A DNA stretch of 64,000 bases from the human T2T-CHM13v2.0 reference genome, Homo sapiens, in NCBI RefSeq assembly GCF_009914755.1, contig NC_060927.1, one strand, 5' to 3'. Shown here piece by piece: positions 13,791-30,130 of this stretch. A model generated the notes under the pieces. It made no database searches. It was not told the DNA's origin and worked only from the letters and a program-made list of their open reading frames with translations. A program made the translations under genes and the position numbers. Position 1 is the first letter of the stretch; every line of letters starts with the position of its first letter.

Positions 13791-15155
13791 TTTTACGTTG
13801 GTTAAGATTGAGATATCTCCATATGGAGATGTTGGGTAGGCAGCCCAGGGCTCAGAACAGCACATTACAATACAACATATAATGCTTTAATGTCTACATA
13901 TAATTTACAAGGGGAGGTAATAAGTTCTTTTAGTATCTCAAAACCTCCATAAATTAAGGGCTGACATTTCTCTGACCAGACCTTACTTTGTTTAGCTCCA
14001 TTACAGTGGGATAAAAGTTGTAGACATTAAGAGATAGAGACTATTCACAAAGGTTTTACTACTTCTTTATTGCCTGATAAAGAAAATCCTAAGCGAAAGC
14101 CAGATACTACATGTACTACTTATAGTCCTCTGGCAAATGTGATAATTCTTCAAAAGTTCAAGTAGCCTGAACAGCATATTTATCTAGCTTACTTGGTCTT
14201 TGGGCAAAAACAGAGGGCCTCACCTGCAACTCAGACAAGTTTATGGGGCATTACCAAGCAATTATTTCAATGGGGTAATATGTTCTATCTTGTTTTATTA
14301 CTTTCCTTGGAGCAGAAACCAAGGTCCCAAGTGACATCCAATTATAGTTCTTAGTTCATTTGAGGTAGGTTAAATGGTGACATTGAGTCACGAGTCACAA
14401 CATCCTTAACCTCATTTGAACACCAAAAGACAAGATTTTTTTCCTATTCTCCAAAAGAAGCGTCAAGCAGCAAATATAATTGCTAGACAGGGAGAGATTT
14501 CTTACATGAATTTGCAATATATGTAATTTGTCTTCTTTCATTGTTACAATATGTATAATTTATCTTGTGGGAAATGAATAGGTCAAGGGCACAGCAGTCT
14601 TTTTGCAGCTTGATTATTAGTCACAGCTTATTAACACCATATTCTTCCTAAGAGAAATAAGAAATGCCACAGCATTGTGATATCAGAGAGTCTCAAGAGG
14701 GACTCCCATAACACTGAGACACTGATTCTGTCAGATGATTCTACACATATATATTTAAAGTATAAACATGTAGTTTGCTTTCCTAGCCTATTAAAATATA
14801 TTGAGGAGACTATGCTATACTTCATTCCAATCCATCCAACTTTCTAGTAATAAGAAGTTCTCTTAAATGAATGGAAGATCTATAAGCAAAAGAAGTGGTT
14901 TTGAAACCTCAGCATGTTTCGGGGAAAGTCTCTTTCAAGGCCGCCTCTACATCATTGATTGGATTTAGATTACTAAATGTATTCAATATGATGTGTTTTT
15001 GGAAAGTTGTACTTCAAAGTCAGATTCTAGTGGAGCCCAGCTCATCAACAACGTATTCACTACTTGAATGATGCAATGACTATGGTAATAATCTGTTTGC
15101 CTTATTACAATGAAGATCAAAGACATTAGCTTTTTAAAAAAATTATGGTGGAAAT

Positions 15156-15300
15156 ACTCATTAATTCAACAAAAAAGTTTTTTTGCTCCTACCATATGCC
15201 AGACACCATTCTAGGCACTGAAAATATGGCAATGAATATGGCAAGAAAACATGGCAAGAAAGTCCTTGCCCTTATGGAGCTTATGTTATTTTGACAAACG
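15156..15300 (-). mobile_element. L2 3' end
   Basis: attcaacaaa...ctcctaccatatgccagacaccattctaggcactg...gtccttgcccttatggagctta. Confidence 0.75.
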
Positions 15301-16924
15301 GACATGAAGAGTAAAGATGGAAAAGGAAACTGAAGAGGTAGATATTTACGAACAGGAGAGGCAAAAACAAATGGTGGCTTGAGGCATGTCCAAGTAAAGT
15401 CAGAGGAATAAGAGGGAAAGTAGTAGTTAAGGCTTTCCTAACAGCTAAAGAATAAGAGAGCCTTAGGAAGAGTTAAACGAGCTTAGACAGAAACATATCT
15501 GGCTTCCCATTGTTTTCACTTCACCATACAGATGGTAAGATCAAAATGGGGGGAGAGGGAGACTAAATCTACAATAGCAATCATCTAATAAACTATAGAG
15601 GCCATTTTGAAGATTAAGGTTAAATTAATAAAAATTAGATTAGCCCAACTAGGTATATTAAAACATAAACATAGATCATCTAGTCATCATCATCTTTAAA
15701 CAGAAATAATTGCTTCTGTCCATGCTATCATTGGAGAAATATCTCCCCACTTTCCATCCCTTTTTTCTTCTTCCCACCCATATACCTTTCTCTTCTGAAA
15801 AACCCAAATAGGAGATAAAATCATTTCTTTTGAGCTCGTTCTCTGATCTCCTCTTGCACACATGCTTATACTTTCTGAGGAGCATGCTGGTTGGAAGATG
15901 AAAACTGTCCAGAAGCTGGAATGTACTGACTGGATATAAAAAAAAGCACAGAGGTGTTTGAAAATTATTCTTCTCTATGACTATTTATATCAGCAAATTT
16001 AGAGCCTGAAATTTTTTACTTCAGAGAAGATCTAGACACTGGATTCTCCTTTTTATTTCTTAGGTGTTCTTAACCTTAAAATTCTTGATTATGGACAGAG
16101 AAAACAGAAGTTTATGAAATTCTTCTCTTTCCCAATTTTTAAAGAGATGCTAGGGCAACAAACTTTGGGTTTCTAATTCTACTCTTCAGTATATTGTTTT
16201 ATGGAAACCCTGCTTAGGGGTTATATTTAGAAAATAAACACTTTTAAAGGTATTTAAGTTTAAAACAAGAACCCTGCCTTAAAGAAAAAGATTAATATGT
16301 TTTTGCAATGCACATACTTTAACACAATTTTGATCCAAAATATCATGTTAACAGGATATATTGTTTCACTTATTTGTTAGGTCAGTGTGCCATCGTGATG
16401 CTGCCTCAGTGGCCATGAAATATTTTGCTTACAGTTGTCATAGGTATCTCTAAGGAAACAAAGTGGGGGAAAAATTATTATTTGTCCCAAAATATGTGAG
16501 ACTTAAAAATTTAGAATTTTGGATTTTCCTCTGCCTCAGATAAATCAAAATGTGCTCGACATATGAGGGTCCACTGTTGAGCAAACAAGAAGAATACTCT
16601 AGTGCAATATATTGTTTAGAGTAGTGGTCCTAGAACTTCTTTCCATTCCAGGGTTGGGGAATCACAGCTATAGTGCCATCTGTAATGTGAGAGCTTGTTT
16701 ATGCCCATGCCCCCTGTTGGTAGCTAGTTTTTTATGAGTATTGTGCACATGCTTCTTACCGTCACATTTCAAACTGCCCCTGCCCCACCTTTATCCTGTC
16801 TTATAATACAAGTGGAACACATAAAGAAATATTCACAAAATAGCAAGTAGATGAAGTTGGCCTCAGCAGTTGGCAATTACCAAAACAAAGTCAAGGAAAG
16901 GGGAAAGGGGGTACTCAGAGCCAG

Positions 16925-17517
16925 CCAAACTGTGATGTTTGAGGGCATGGTCCTCAAAACATCCAATTTTGACATCAACTATAAGTTCGGGGGTGCCCCA
17001 TATGACCCTCAAATTTGATAATTTGCTAAAGGGACTCGCAGAGCTTACTGGAAGCTATTATACTCACAGATACAGTTTGTTATAGGGAAAGAACACAGAT
17101 CAAAATCAGCCAAAGGAAGAGATACGTAGAGTCTGGGAGAGTTCCTAGCAAGCAGCTTTTGTTGTCCTCTGTGGGGCTAGAACAGGTGACCCTCCCGGGA
17201 TTGAGTGTGACAGTACACAAGAAATATTGCCAACCACAGAAGCTCACCCAAGCTCAGTGTCCAGAGTTTTTATTGGAGCTTCATTATGTAGACATGATTG
17301 ATTGATTGATTGCCCTTCTGGTTGAACTCAGCCTCCAGGTCAACTGATACTACCTGTCCCAAAGACCCTACCTTAAATCACATGGTGGTTCTTTCTGATG
17401 TGACCAGCCCCTGCCCAAACAAAGAGACTCATAAGAGGTCATGACATAAATTATCTCCCAGAAGCCTAAGGAAAAGGCCAGACCTATCTTTGGGCAAAGC
17501 CAAATTATTCACTACAT
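16925..17517 (-). mobile_element. MER21 (C/B-like) LTR
   Basis: tattgccaacc..gaagctcaccc...gtccagagtttttattgg...aaaggccagaccta.ctttgggcaaag..aaatt.ttcactaca. Confidence 0.75.
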
Positions 17518-17760
17518 AGAGAAAGGCCAAAAGTGACTACTCATAGAGGCACTCAATAAATATAATTGAGATGGTCCTCTGTGCTATGAAGGAAAACATG
17601 GTGACACAGAGATTTGAAACCTATATCACTTTAATTTTTCTTGGCTGAGATTATGATTTTGTGATAGGTAAATTTGAAATATTTGAAAAAACAAAGCACA
17701 TTTCTAAGATTATTTCAGCAAGAACACTATGATTCTCAAAAGAACTGGCAATAGTGACTA

Positions 17761-18700
17761 TGTTGGGAGTGGAGCTTCCCTAAGGCCACTCCCAGGTTTA
17801 ATAATTCACCAGAAAAACTCACAGGACTTAGTGTATAGTCATACTCATGACTAAGGTTTATTGTAGCAGAAGAATTTAGGGCAAGACCAACAAAAAGAAA
17901 GGGCACATGGGCAAAGTTCAGGAAAAAATAGGTGCAATCTTACAAGAGTCCTATCCCAGTGAAGTTGCATAAGATGCATTTAATTCCCCTCCTCTGTGAA
18001 CTGTGACAACATATGTGAAATGTTGCTAACTAGGGAACTTTGTTAGAGCCTTAGCACCCAGAATTTTGTTGGAGAGCTGGTCACATAGGCATTAAATTAA
18101 ATTAAATTTGGCCCAAGCCTGCCTCTGTACCTTGAGTCTCTATGTACCAACTGCAACCTAGTTTACTACTTAAACTGAAAGCCTAACTTGAGAGTATATT
18201 CTTGTAACAAATAGCTGAATCTTAGCCAATCACAGCAGCCAAGCTCAGTGAATTACAGCCTGCCAACTTATCACAACATGCCCATATAAGGCAGATACCT
18301 TGCTGTAGCGATCAAATGAATTCTCTAGTTTTCTTCTGTGTCTGGTCTACAAAAGCTCACTGCTCACACTACTGAGTGGAGCTCTCTGAACCTTTACTGG
18401 TTCAGGGTACTGCCTGATTCATATATCATTCTTTGCTCAAATAAACTCTGCTAAATTTAATTCCTCTAAAGCTTTTATTTTAACATAGATAATATCTACC
18501 AGGCACAGATCAAAATTCCAGACTCCCAGAACAAAAGCAAATGTTCAGTACAAATGAATTGTTTGAACAAACAGTTTAGCCATAGTGAGCTACTCTTATG
18601 TGTTTTGGGAATGGTGGGAATCCTCTTGAAATCCAAGTTCCCAGACACCAGCGAAGGGCCAACCTTATAAACAGACCTTTCAAAAGATAGCACTTAGTTC
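17761..18700 (-). mobile_element. MER77-like LTR, split by a nested MER57
   Basis: ggagagctggtcacatagg | ...caaaattccagactcccaga...aagttcccagacaccagc.aagggccaacctt continues across the insertion. Confidence 0.7.
18090..18485 (+). mobile_element. MER57-family ERV1 solo LTR nested in MER77
   Basis: Starts cattaaattaa..tttggcc; ends aataaactctgctaaatttaat...ttttaaca; 4-bp TSD tagg/taga. Confidence 0.75.
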
Positions 18701-19643
18701 ATTTCTGCATAGTGGTACAGCCAAAGTCTCAGGGAGTGAAGAAATACAAGAATGTCATATTCAGAGCCAAACACTAGGGTCAGTGGGGAAACGTGCCCCA
18801 GCAACTGCTTCAGTGGGAAATTTATGCTGTCCATAGCCAGAGATTTGGGAATTCCAGAGAGTATTTTACATCCTCACATAATTTATAGGTCGGCTTTCAG
18901 TGAAAGAAGGTGTTAAAATGAACCTCTATTTGTCTCACTTTGATTTCCCTAAAACAATAGGTGTGACCTCTCCTATATTCCAAAGTGAGTTGCTAGGCCA
19001 ACCATATAAGACATGCAAAGAAGGTGGATCAAAAACAGTTAAATAATCCTTAGCTTTCTCCCCAGCCCCTGAAATGTTTGAAACTGAAGTTTCAAACTCA
19101 TGGATAAGGACATCCATTATTCTACATGGATAAAGACATCCATATGTGTGACACACTCCTGTGAGTAGGTTATGTCTAATCCCCATGTGTCAGTGGATAT
19201 TTTAACCTTCTTTTCCCTACTCAAAACAACATATTGGAATGCAAGTAAGTGAGAATGACATTTCTGTAAGCCAATCTTGAATCATCTAAATTTTTTAAAC
19301 AGTAAATACCTTTAAAACTTTAAAAAAATGATTATTAGTGCAAAATGCATGATTGATTGCAAATGAGCATTATGTTGAGAATCACTCGGTAGTGAGCAAT
19401 AGGAAAGCTTTCAACATCTTTGGAGTCGATACAATCAGGAGTATGCTCCAGAAGCTACATTTGGTAGGTGGGAGATGGGAGGCAGGGAAACTGGTGGTAA
19501 CAGTCTTAGTGGAAATCATGAGATAGTGGCAGTAAACATACATAGGGGATGATGGTGGGAGTAACACAAGTAGAAATAGGATGAAGATACCGGTGATGAA
19601 TGAAAAATGAAAGAGACTAGTTTAAAATAATCCTGAAGTTTTA

Positions 19644-21527
<1,884 letters not shown>

Positions 21528-21670
21528 AAATTTTAAGCATGGGTTTCTAAAAAAGTTCAGAATAAAGATCAAGTTTTAGAAGAGAAATGAATTCCATTTA
21601 AAGCAAATGAAATGTGTGATACCAGTGGGATCCCCAAATATGGATGTGCAGCTTGCAGTTAGGAGTGTGA

Positions 21671-22067
<397 letters not shown>

Positions 22068-22338
22068 GGTTGATGGGTGTTTCTAAGTGCCTTGTCAGAA
22101 AATGAGTTTTCTAGTTGTTGACATTATTTAACTATTTCATTATCTATATTTGTGTTTTTAAAAGAAAATGTGTCTATAAACTGTAAAAATCTTAATAAAT
22201 TCTTAAAACAAAAAGTTTAAGTAATCATTCCTGTTAGATGGTAGATCTCTTAGGTTAGTGAAAGGACTCTTGAGAAGAAGCCAAATTTTAAACTTACTTT
22301 TGTTGTTAGAGTGTTCATATTAAAAATAATGTGTATGT

Positions 22339-22380
22339 ACACACAGACAGACAGACACACACACACATACACACACACAT
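22339..22380. repeat. Imperfect (CA)n/(CAGA)n microsatellite
   Basis: acacacagacagacagacacacacacacatacacacacac. Confidence 0.8.
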
Positions 22381-23349
22381 ATATTTAGGTAGAAGTAACA
22401 GAAGAGGCTTTGCAAATACTACTTAGGATAAAGGAAAGATATGATAGTGAATTTTATGTAAAAGTGATGGTTTGTTCACTGACTCTGTTCAGTTCTACTT
22501 TTCCTCATGGAGCTTTCATCTTTTTTCAGTCTTCATTCCTACACAAGGTATCCAAGTTCCTGCCCTCTGCCCAGGCACCTTACAAGTGGCTAGAATTATG
22601 GTGGTGTTTCCATAGAGACAACAAGGGAACAGTTCTTCCTTCCTTTCCTCTGTGAGTTGTTTGCACATAAGGATCTTCCAGTTTTTAAAACTCGTTCTTG
22701 CTTTGAAAATGGGCAGAGGAGAGGAAAAACTGTGCTTGGTGTACCAACGACAGGAAGAATGAGGAGGGAATGTTCATATTCCTTCCAGGCCACACTCGTA
22801 GCATGTCTATTTCTTTTCTTACAATAAAAGATGTTAGGCAGGTTTATTTGTTTGTTTGTTTTTCCCACTTGAAAGATCTTTAAAAGTAGGAATTATATCT
22901 TACCCAAGTCAACTAGTGTTTAGTGAGTGAGTACATCAGTGAAAGAATGAACAGAAAATGTACTTTTATTCTTGGGAGAGAAAGATGTTTGAATAGAACT
23001 TTTTCTGTTCATAACTTTTGAATACACATTCTGTCACTTTACTCAATGGAATTGCATGAAGTAATTTTTGAGATACAAAAACTAAGATAATTGTGAAGTT
23101 AAGATGTGAATCCAAGTCTTCTTACTCCAATTAATTGCCAATTTTTACTCTATTACACTGCGGCTCTGGGAGAATGAGAGCAATTAGAACAATGATGTCC
23201 TGGGCTAGAGAACAAGGATGTTTATTCAATGACACGTGTAGATTAGGCCAATAAAAGGCAGGTAAAGCCAGTGTAACTAGCAGCCCATTCAGCTAAACCC
23301 CATGAAGTGTTTCCAGACCCTGTCCCCAGTCACTTGTGGTTTCTCCACT

Positions 23350-23537
23350 CTCTTCTTTTGTTTAATGCAGCTGATCACTGATGTATTGATTTGCTTATTA
23401 CTTGTTTCCCCTGGCTACAACTTAAGCTCCAAGAGAACAGGGACTAGTCAACTTTGTTCACTGCTGTCTTCCCTGGTGTGTAGAGCAGTGCTTGGCAATA
23501 GCTGTCCTTCAATAAATACTTTTTGAGTGTACGAATG
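23350..23537 (+). mobile_element. L2a 3' end
   Basis: taagctccaagagaacagggac...ttgttcactgctgt...tagagcagtgcttggca...tcaataaatactttttgagt. Confidence 0.75.
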
Positions 23538-24639
23538 TATAATTTTAGAACACTCATTGTTCTATTCTTTAAGTATACTTTCCTTAATAATTTATCTGTG
23601 AGAATGAGGGCAAATTTATATAGAAAAATTAAGAAATAATACCAGAAGCAATCTGGTATTGATATTTTTATCAATTTTTTCTTCCCTACGTAAAGTACAC
23701 TCCACTTGTTTCTGCTGAATGTAGTCTACATTTTAACTACTTTTTTAAAAAAAATAGCGCAGAAGTTATGATTTTAATATACATTTCTAAGTCACTAGCT
23801 CCCAAATTGGAGTCATTGACAAATTTAATCTTATTTAGTCAACTATGACCTAATTCCATGAGGACCAAGGCCATTGGAAAGACCCTTTTTTGATTAACGC
23901 AGAAATTTCATGAGATGATTTTCCCATAACAAAATCAATAAAGTATTTCAATCTTCGCCTGTAAAATATAGTACCTTTGCTGTTTAGCCAGAGAAAATAC
24001 AATCTTAGTTTTAAAGACTTCTTTAAGCATCGCAACAATTTTGCTGTTCTTGGAAGAACTTTATCAATATTTCACATGATATTCTTCTCTGCAGGAGAAC
24101 CTAAGAAAAATATTCGATTAATCATTGTGATATTAAAACTATCTGTCACTTGTAGCATGCATATGTAATAAAGTACTCAAGATAAAATTGATATCAGAGA
24201 CAAATGGCCCACATTAAAAATGTCTGCTTGAAGCTCTAAAATTGTTCCTTCTTATGATGATCTCAATAACTAAACCTCTCAATTTGCAAATGAAGATAAA
24301 TGCTAAGATAATTTTTTAAACTAGAAATCGTGAAGTAAAATAAAGAGAGAACTAAAGTGGCTAACAATGAAACACCTGTAATAAATGTTTACAAACTTGT
24401 TGAGACACATTAATCTTCATCTCCTTGTTATTTTCTTAGACATTTACTTCAAATTATCTGTAATTCTATTTAAAATGAAACTAATGGAAGCATGTGAACT
24501 TAAGCAAGTATTTTTAATGTATTTGGGTTTTTTTTTAAACGTATATCTGAAGAGTTAGACTAGAATCAGTATGTCCTGTCAGATAATCCATTAAAAATTT
24601 GGGGAGGAGGAGAAGGCCGAGGATAAAATTAAAGAATGC

Positions 24640-25112
24640 TACATGACAAAACACTTCTATTTGCCTCCCAATATCCATCCCCCACAACTTCCTCACCAGC
24701 AAAATCCTGATTTGGTTCAGAGTGACAAAATGTCCCTGGTTTAAAATCTCACTTCCACATAATTTTGGACTTTCTGAAACATGGGTTTCTGAAAAAGTTC
24801 AGAAGAAGGATCAAGTAACTGAGTTCTGGCTATGAAATTTAAGCAAAAACCTTCTGGGTGAAATCCCTACATAAGCAATTGTAACACAGTGGCAATAGAT
24901 GTGGGAGTCTTCCTAAGAACTTTAGGTTGAAAGTCACCTAAAACATTAGCTGAGCAGGAAAATGGAAAGAGCTCAGGATATGAGCACTTAATCAAGCTGT
25001 TGAACCAGCCCTGAATTATTTTTCCCTGGACTTCCGTTCATAGGGTAAAGAAAACAAAATCTCTCTTTGGGTAAGCCAGTGTAATTGAGTTTCTCTTCCA
25101 TGCAGCTGAACC
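24640..25112 (+). mobile_element. LTR33/LTR16-like ERVL LTR carrying a templated insertion
   Basis: ttgcctcccaatatccat...aactgagttctggc...accagccctgaa...ctggacttc...taagcca...tgcagctgaac. Confidence 0.55.
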
Positions 25113-25694
25113 AGTCTTTGGTTCATAAAGTCCCTCCTTTGGTCATGTATATCTTTATTTACATAATAAACACTCTGAAAAGCCCCTACAATATGAACAC
25201 CCATTTAATTTTATTTAATACTAATTTATCAAAGATATTTGATTATGAGATACCTGATATTTCTCTATGAACTTGCAACCTAATGACCACACTTCAGTAA
25301 ACATTTAACTAGAGATTTCACAAAGCAAAAAATTAGCGTTCTGTAATTACATAATTAAATATCTAAAAGGCTATGTTCATAGTCATAATTGTTTCTGAAT
25401 CTCATATTTCTTAGGGAGCATTGTTACCAGTGACAATTATTAACATAAGCCATTACTCAAAGAGTTAGCATCCTTTGAGGAGCTTAAGCAAAATCTCTGA
25501 AAATTATCTTTCTTCTTTACTATAATTCATTCAAGGTAACAGTTTGTTGAAACTTAGTGCAGGTGATGATCTATCTAATTCTTAAAGAAACATAAGCAAG
25601 ACAGAATGACACAGCTTTTCTTTTTCTTTGGAGTTTATGTCCCCCAACTTCTAATATTATGAGCACTTGGTCACCATTCTCTCTTACTGGTATT

Positions 25695-25822
25695 TGAGCC
25701 ACCTCTCTTTTTTCTCTACCCTACAATAAGGAGAGAAAAGCACTCAAATTTTCTTTCATGAGCCACCTCTCCTTTTTCTCTACCTTACAATAAGCAGAGA
25801 AAAGCACTCAAATTTTCTTTCA
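25695..25822 (+). repeat. Tandem duplication, 2 x 64 bp
   Basis: 25695-25758 versus 25759-25822; 3 mismatches. Confidence 0.95.
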
Positions 25823-28800
25823 TATACATGAAGGAATTTACATTAATGCATCAGCAGTGAATGTGACAAACTAATAGACTAAGGTACTCAACAAATGAAA
25901 TGCTTAGACCATACTAACATATTTCAAATAAGTATCTGCATCTAAAAGGGCAGGTTGTCTTCACCATTTATAGCATACTTCCTGTTTTCAGAGTTGCATA
26001 TTAAGCATAGATGAGTCTAAAAGGGGGTAGATTCTTTGACTCCAATCCTATATTCTAAATGAAGAGGAAGTGTACGCCGAAAAATTATTGATGAAAATGG
26101 TGCTTCATCATTTATGTTTAGAAATGAATTGTAAATTTCTAATTTTACAATAATAGATTTTTAAAGGAGAAATTATATTTAGACCATTATCCTTTCAGTA
26201 TGGTTACATTTTGACACAGAATTAGACTAGAAATAGAGTAATTGTCAGGGTGATTCTGAGAATATCTTGGTGTTTATTACTCAGGCTGTCTTTTAGGCTA
26301 GACTGCAAAAGCAGGTTTCTAAGCCAAGCAGTTTGCAATATAAGAGTAAGTAAAACCTAAAAGAGTAAAAACAATGTGTAAGCACAAGTCATTCACTACA
26401 ATGGTTCTAGTTTCTGCAATAATGGCAGATGTGGGCTAATCATTGGGGCAACAATAGGAAATTGCACCAATGTTTCATGAAAGATTCCAGAGAGTGACCT
26501 TGATGTAGATGTCAGGGTCCTTGATGTGGAACTTCAGCATAGACCAGGAACAACAGCAGAATCTTTAGTAGGCATGGTTAGCAATGTTGTTGCTTTGGTG
26601 TTAGCAACTAGAGGAATTAGCACCAACACTATTATAAGGAAAAGGGAGGAAAAGGATGCATGGGTCATTCAAGACAATCCATCTGTGCATATGTTGAGAA
26701 TCCAAAATGGGCTAGAGTTTTTAGAAGAATATGGATTTGTTACATTATTTTTACTTTAAAACCACTACGGTATAAAAACAAAATGTGAGTAATGACCCCA
26801 AAGAAGCAATAGCATAGGCAAAAATAATTTTCAAACAAAATAGATTTTGGTGGCTTGGGAACCTTGTAAAAGAAGACTATATGAGATTGTGGTGAATTCA
26901 AATAGTCTAAAGGAGTTGGGCAGACAGTAGTAAAGCAGCTATAAATGGAGAGGGATAAAGAAGAGGAGTCAATCCTGTGTATAACAAAGCTGGGGGAGCA
27001 GAAGGAAACATATCAGAAACATGAACCCATTAAAAGTTTCCCATCACTGGTAAAGTTATGATCAAGTGATCAAAAGCACATGTATGTTTATATGGCACTT
27101 TCTTTGAACTAGCACTGTACTAAGCACTACAGGGGTACAAAGAAATGACTGGTACTTTTCCTTCTAGTCTTGCAGGTGATAGCTGAGGTTGGTGATGGGG
27201 TTCTTAGGAACATACAGACAAAAATGAGTGATAAAGTAGGGCAGATTACAAAGAAGGAGTAAAAATAGAAAAAATCTTATCACAGTAAGGTCAGGAAAAA
27301 ATGAACTTCAAAAGATAGGAAAGATAAAGTGTTCTTGAAATATATAGGCCTCAAATATATATAGTTGGGTTTTGTGTTGTTATTAAATATGGGCACCCTT
27401 TTAGCCCCTTTTACTCTCTATCTAATTGAAAGCATTATCGAGCCACTGTATATTCTATAAAATATATTTTTAGAATGAAAAAGTATCCAACAATTGGAGA
27501 AAACCTAAATTAGTAACCTTTTGAAAACCTAAGACAACATATTTAATATGAAAAATACAAACTGGTGAAACAAACTCACACAGCATAAAAGTCTTGAGGG
27601 ACAAAAATGTAAAACCACAAAAAAAAATTTAACATCAATGAAGAGGACAGAATCCCAGGTAAAGATTTATTTTGAAAATCCTGACAGTCTAAATGAGTTG
27701 CCCTCTACAGAAGTGTCTTTTTGGTTTTTACAAGTTTAATCATTTATTTTAAATTCAGAAAATATATTTTTAGTCCCTTTAAAACTAGATTGGTTACCAC
27801 CAGAATGATACGGAAAAAATGTTCTTGGTCATAGGATGGTGAAACTAAATAATAATTTCAAGCATAATTAACGGTGTTTTAATATTGTTATACATAGTAT
27901 ATATCAGATTCATTACCTCCTTTGCATTTATAATAAGCATTTAAATAGGCAGCTCCATAGTTCCTATAGGAGGAGCAGGAATTTGAACCAAGCAGAATCC
28001 TGAACCACAGGAATCTGGAAGGCACTGTCTCATACCCTCAAATAGGCTCATCGTCACAGAGTCAAATTTACTTGTAATTCAAACAAGTCCTTCCTCTAAA
28101 AACATAGGTTTATTTCTAAAAACCTCCCCAATTTTCCCTCTGCAAACTGCTGCTTCAGATATTATTTTTATAGGATTTTATTCATGGGCAGATCCCTGAT
28201 GATGCTGGAAAAAAAACCCACTTCTCAGCAAATTTGAGTATTTAACATTAGCTCATCATAAAAGATTTGTGGAGAATCTTTATGCATCAGAATAAAACCC
28301 TTTGTAACCAAGAATCTTTATAAACACCGTGGAAGTCTGAGTCCAGCATGGTTAATTACTGAGAAGATTTTCCCATTGTTAGCCATATCAGGCAGGATTA
28401 CATTAGATTCTTAATTTGTTTCACTTTCATAATCTCTTTAGAGCTTTCTAGATATCATTCTCCTTTGTTAAATGAACAAATGGATTTGGGTTATTATGTA
28501 GGAGCTTATGCTTTGTAAGTGTACATTGTGATGTTTCCTATCACAGAGGGCTTATGTGTTTAAGAATAGAAATAATGTTATTTACACAAAATTAATTCAA
28601 CTTTATAATGGTTTTCCAATGCTTTTGGATAACACTATGAAAATTGTGTTTTAAAAATCACATCTTTATCCTCCTGTTTAACACAAAGAAATGGTACTAT
28701 ACTAGAAAATAAAGAGAATATGAAATGTAAAGAAAAATTTACTTTTAATAAACCTAGAAGATGCATTTATGAGTTAGAATAACAATAATATGAGCAAATT

Positions 28801-29149
28801 CAGAGAATATTGTAATTCAGAGAATTCTCATTCAGAGAATTTATTATTTCCATCAATATAATGGAAATAATCAGAGGAAGATGGCTATGGTTGCAGAGTT
28901 CAGACTAATCTGGCAATATTTCCAAAGTAGGCAATGCAATGTAACATCCCTTGATTGAAGCATCAGGATGTGTGGGCTAAGCATGGGAGCTTCTATGAAC
29001 CAATATGGCAATAACAAATCAGGGCATTTAAGGCTGAAAAACTATCCTAATGACATGCTGTATTTTCAGAAAGCATTTAGTCGGTGGGACAGAGCAAAAG
29101 ACCACAACATAAATGTAGGGATACCTGCAGTTGCTTATTTATGACACAT

Positions 29150-30130
29150 GAATAAGGAAAGAAATAGAAAACTCAAACAGCAAAGAACATTAACCAAAAT
29201 AATTTTGCCACAGAATAGATAACCAAAAATATTGTCATAAATAAAAAAAACTTAATGAAATTATTGTCTATATAAAGCAATCACTCAAAAAAAAGGTCCA
29301 AAGGTCATGAAATATGAGAGTTTACAGCCAAAGGCGGGAGATATGAACTGAAACAACTTAGGAAAGTGGAATAGAAAGTAAGATCGCTATAGAAATGCAG
29401 GACACATTAGCAGAATCACACGGTACAAAATGCTGCAAGGAACGTGGAGAATAATATTGAAAACAGCAAGCAAAATTAAATGGAAATGAAGTTAAAGAGA
29501 CTAGAGAAAAAGTGATTACTATAGAAGGCAAACAAACCAATATACATATAAATTGTTCTCCTAAATGTGATAATGACAATGACAAAACACAACAAATATT
29601 TAAAAATATAATAAAGAAAACTTCTCAGAAATATACAACATTATAATGATACATCTAAAAACAGAAAGAACATAGCATGTGTTGGGGGAAAATGAATAGA
29701 GAATTATTGGTATTAAGATAATAAAGTAACTGGACTTCAAGATAAAGAAAGAGTATACTAATACTTTTTAATTGATACTGTAAATGTGTAAGTATAAAGA
29801 TAACCATACTTATTAATGGTAAATCATCAGGCTAGTCTCTGAAAGTTTCACAGGAACACTAGAAGACCATGGAGTAACGTCTACAATGTTCTCAAAAGAA
29901 GAGAATGTGTGACAATAATTTTATACACACCCGAATTCTCATGCAACAGTGAGGGCAACAAACTTTTTAAACATGCAAGAACTCAGAATATAGAAGAGTA
30001 AATTTTAGCTACTCAAGAAATAAATGAAGACACAGTTATAAAAAAGACTGAATTAATGTGAATTTCCTTTAACTCTAAGACTAAGGCTAAACAATGATAA
30101 AGATGACAATTACTGAACAAAATGTGAAAC
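29150..30130 (+). mobile_element. HAL1 / very old L1 ORF1-like remnant
   Basis: A-rich; ctggacttcaagataaagaaaga, ctagaagaccatggagtaacgtctaca and aaacatgcaagaactcag motifs. Confidence 0.55.
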
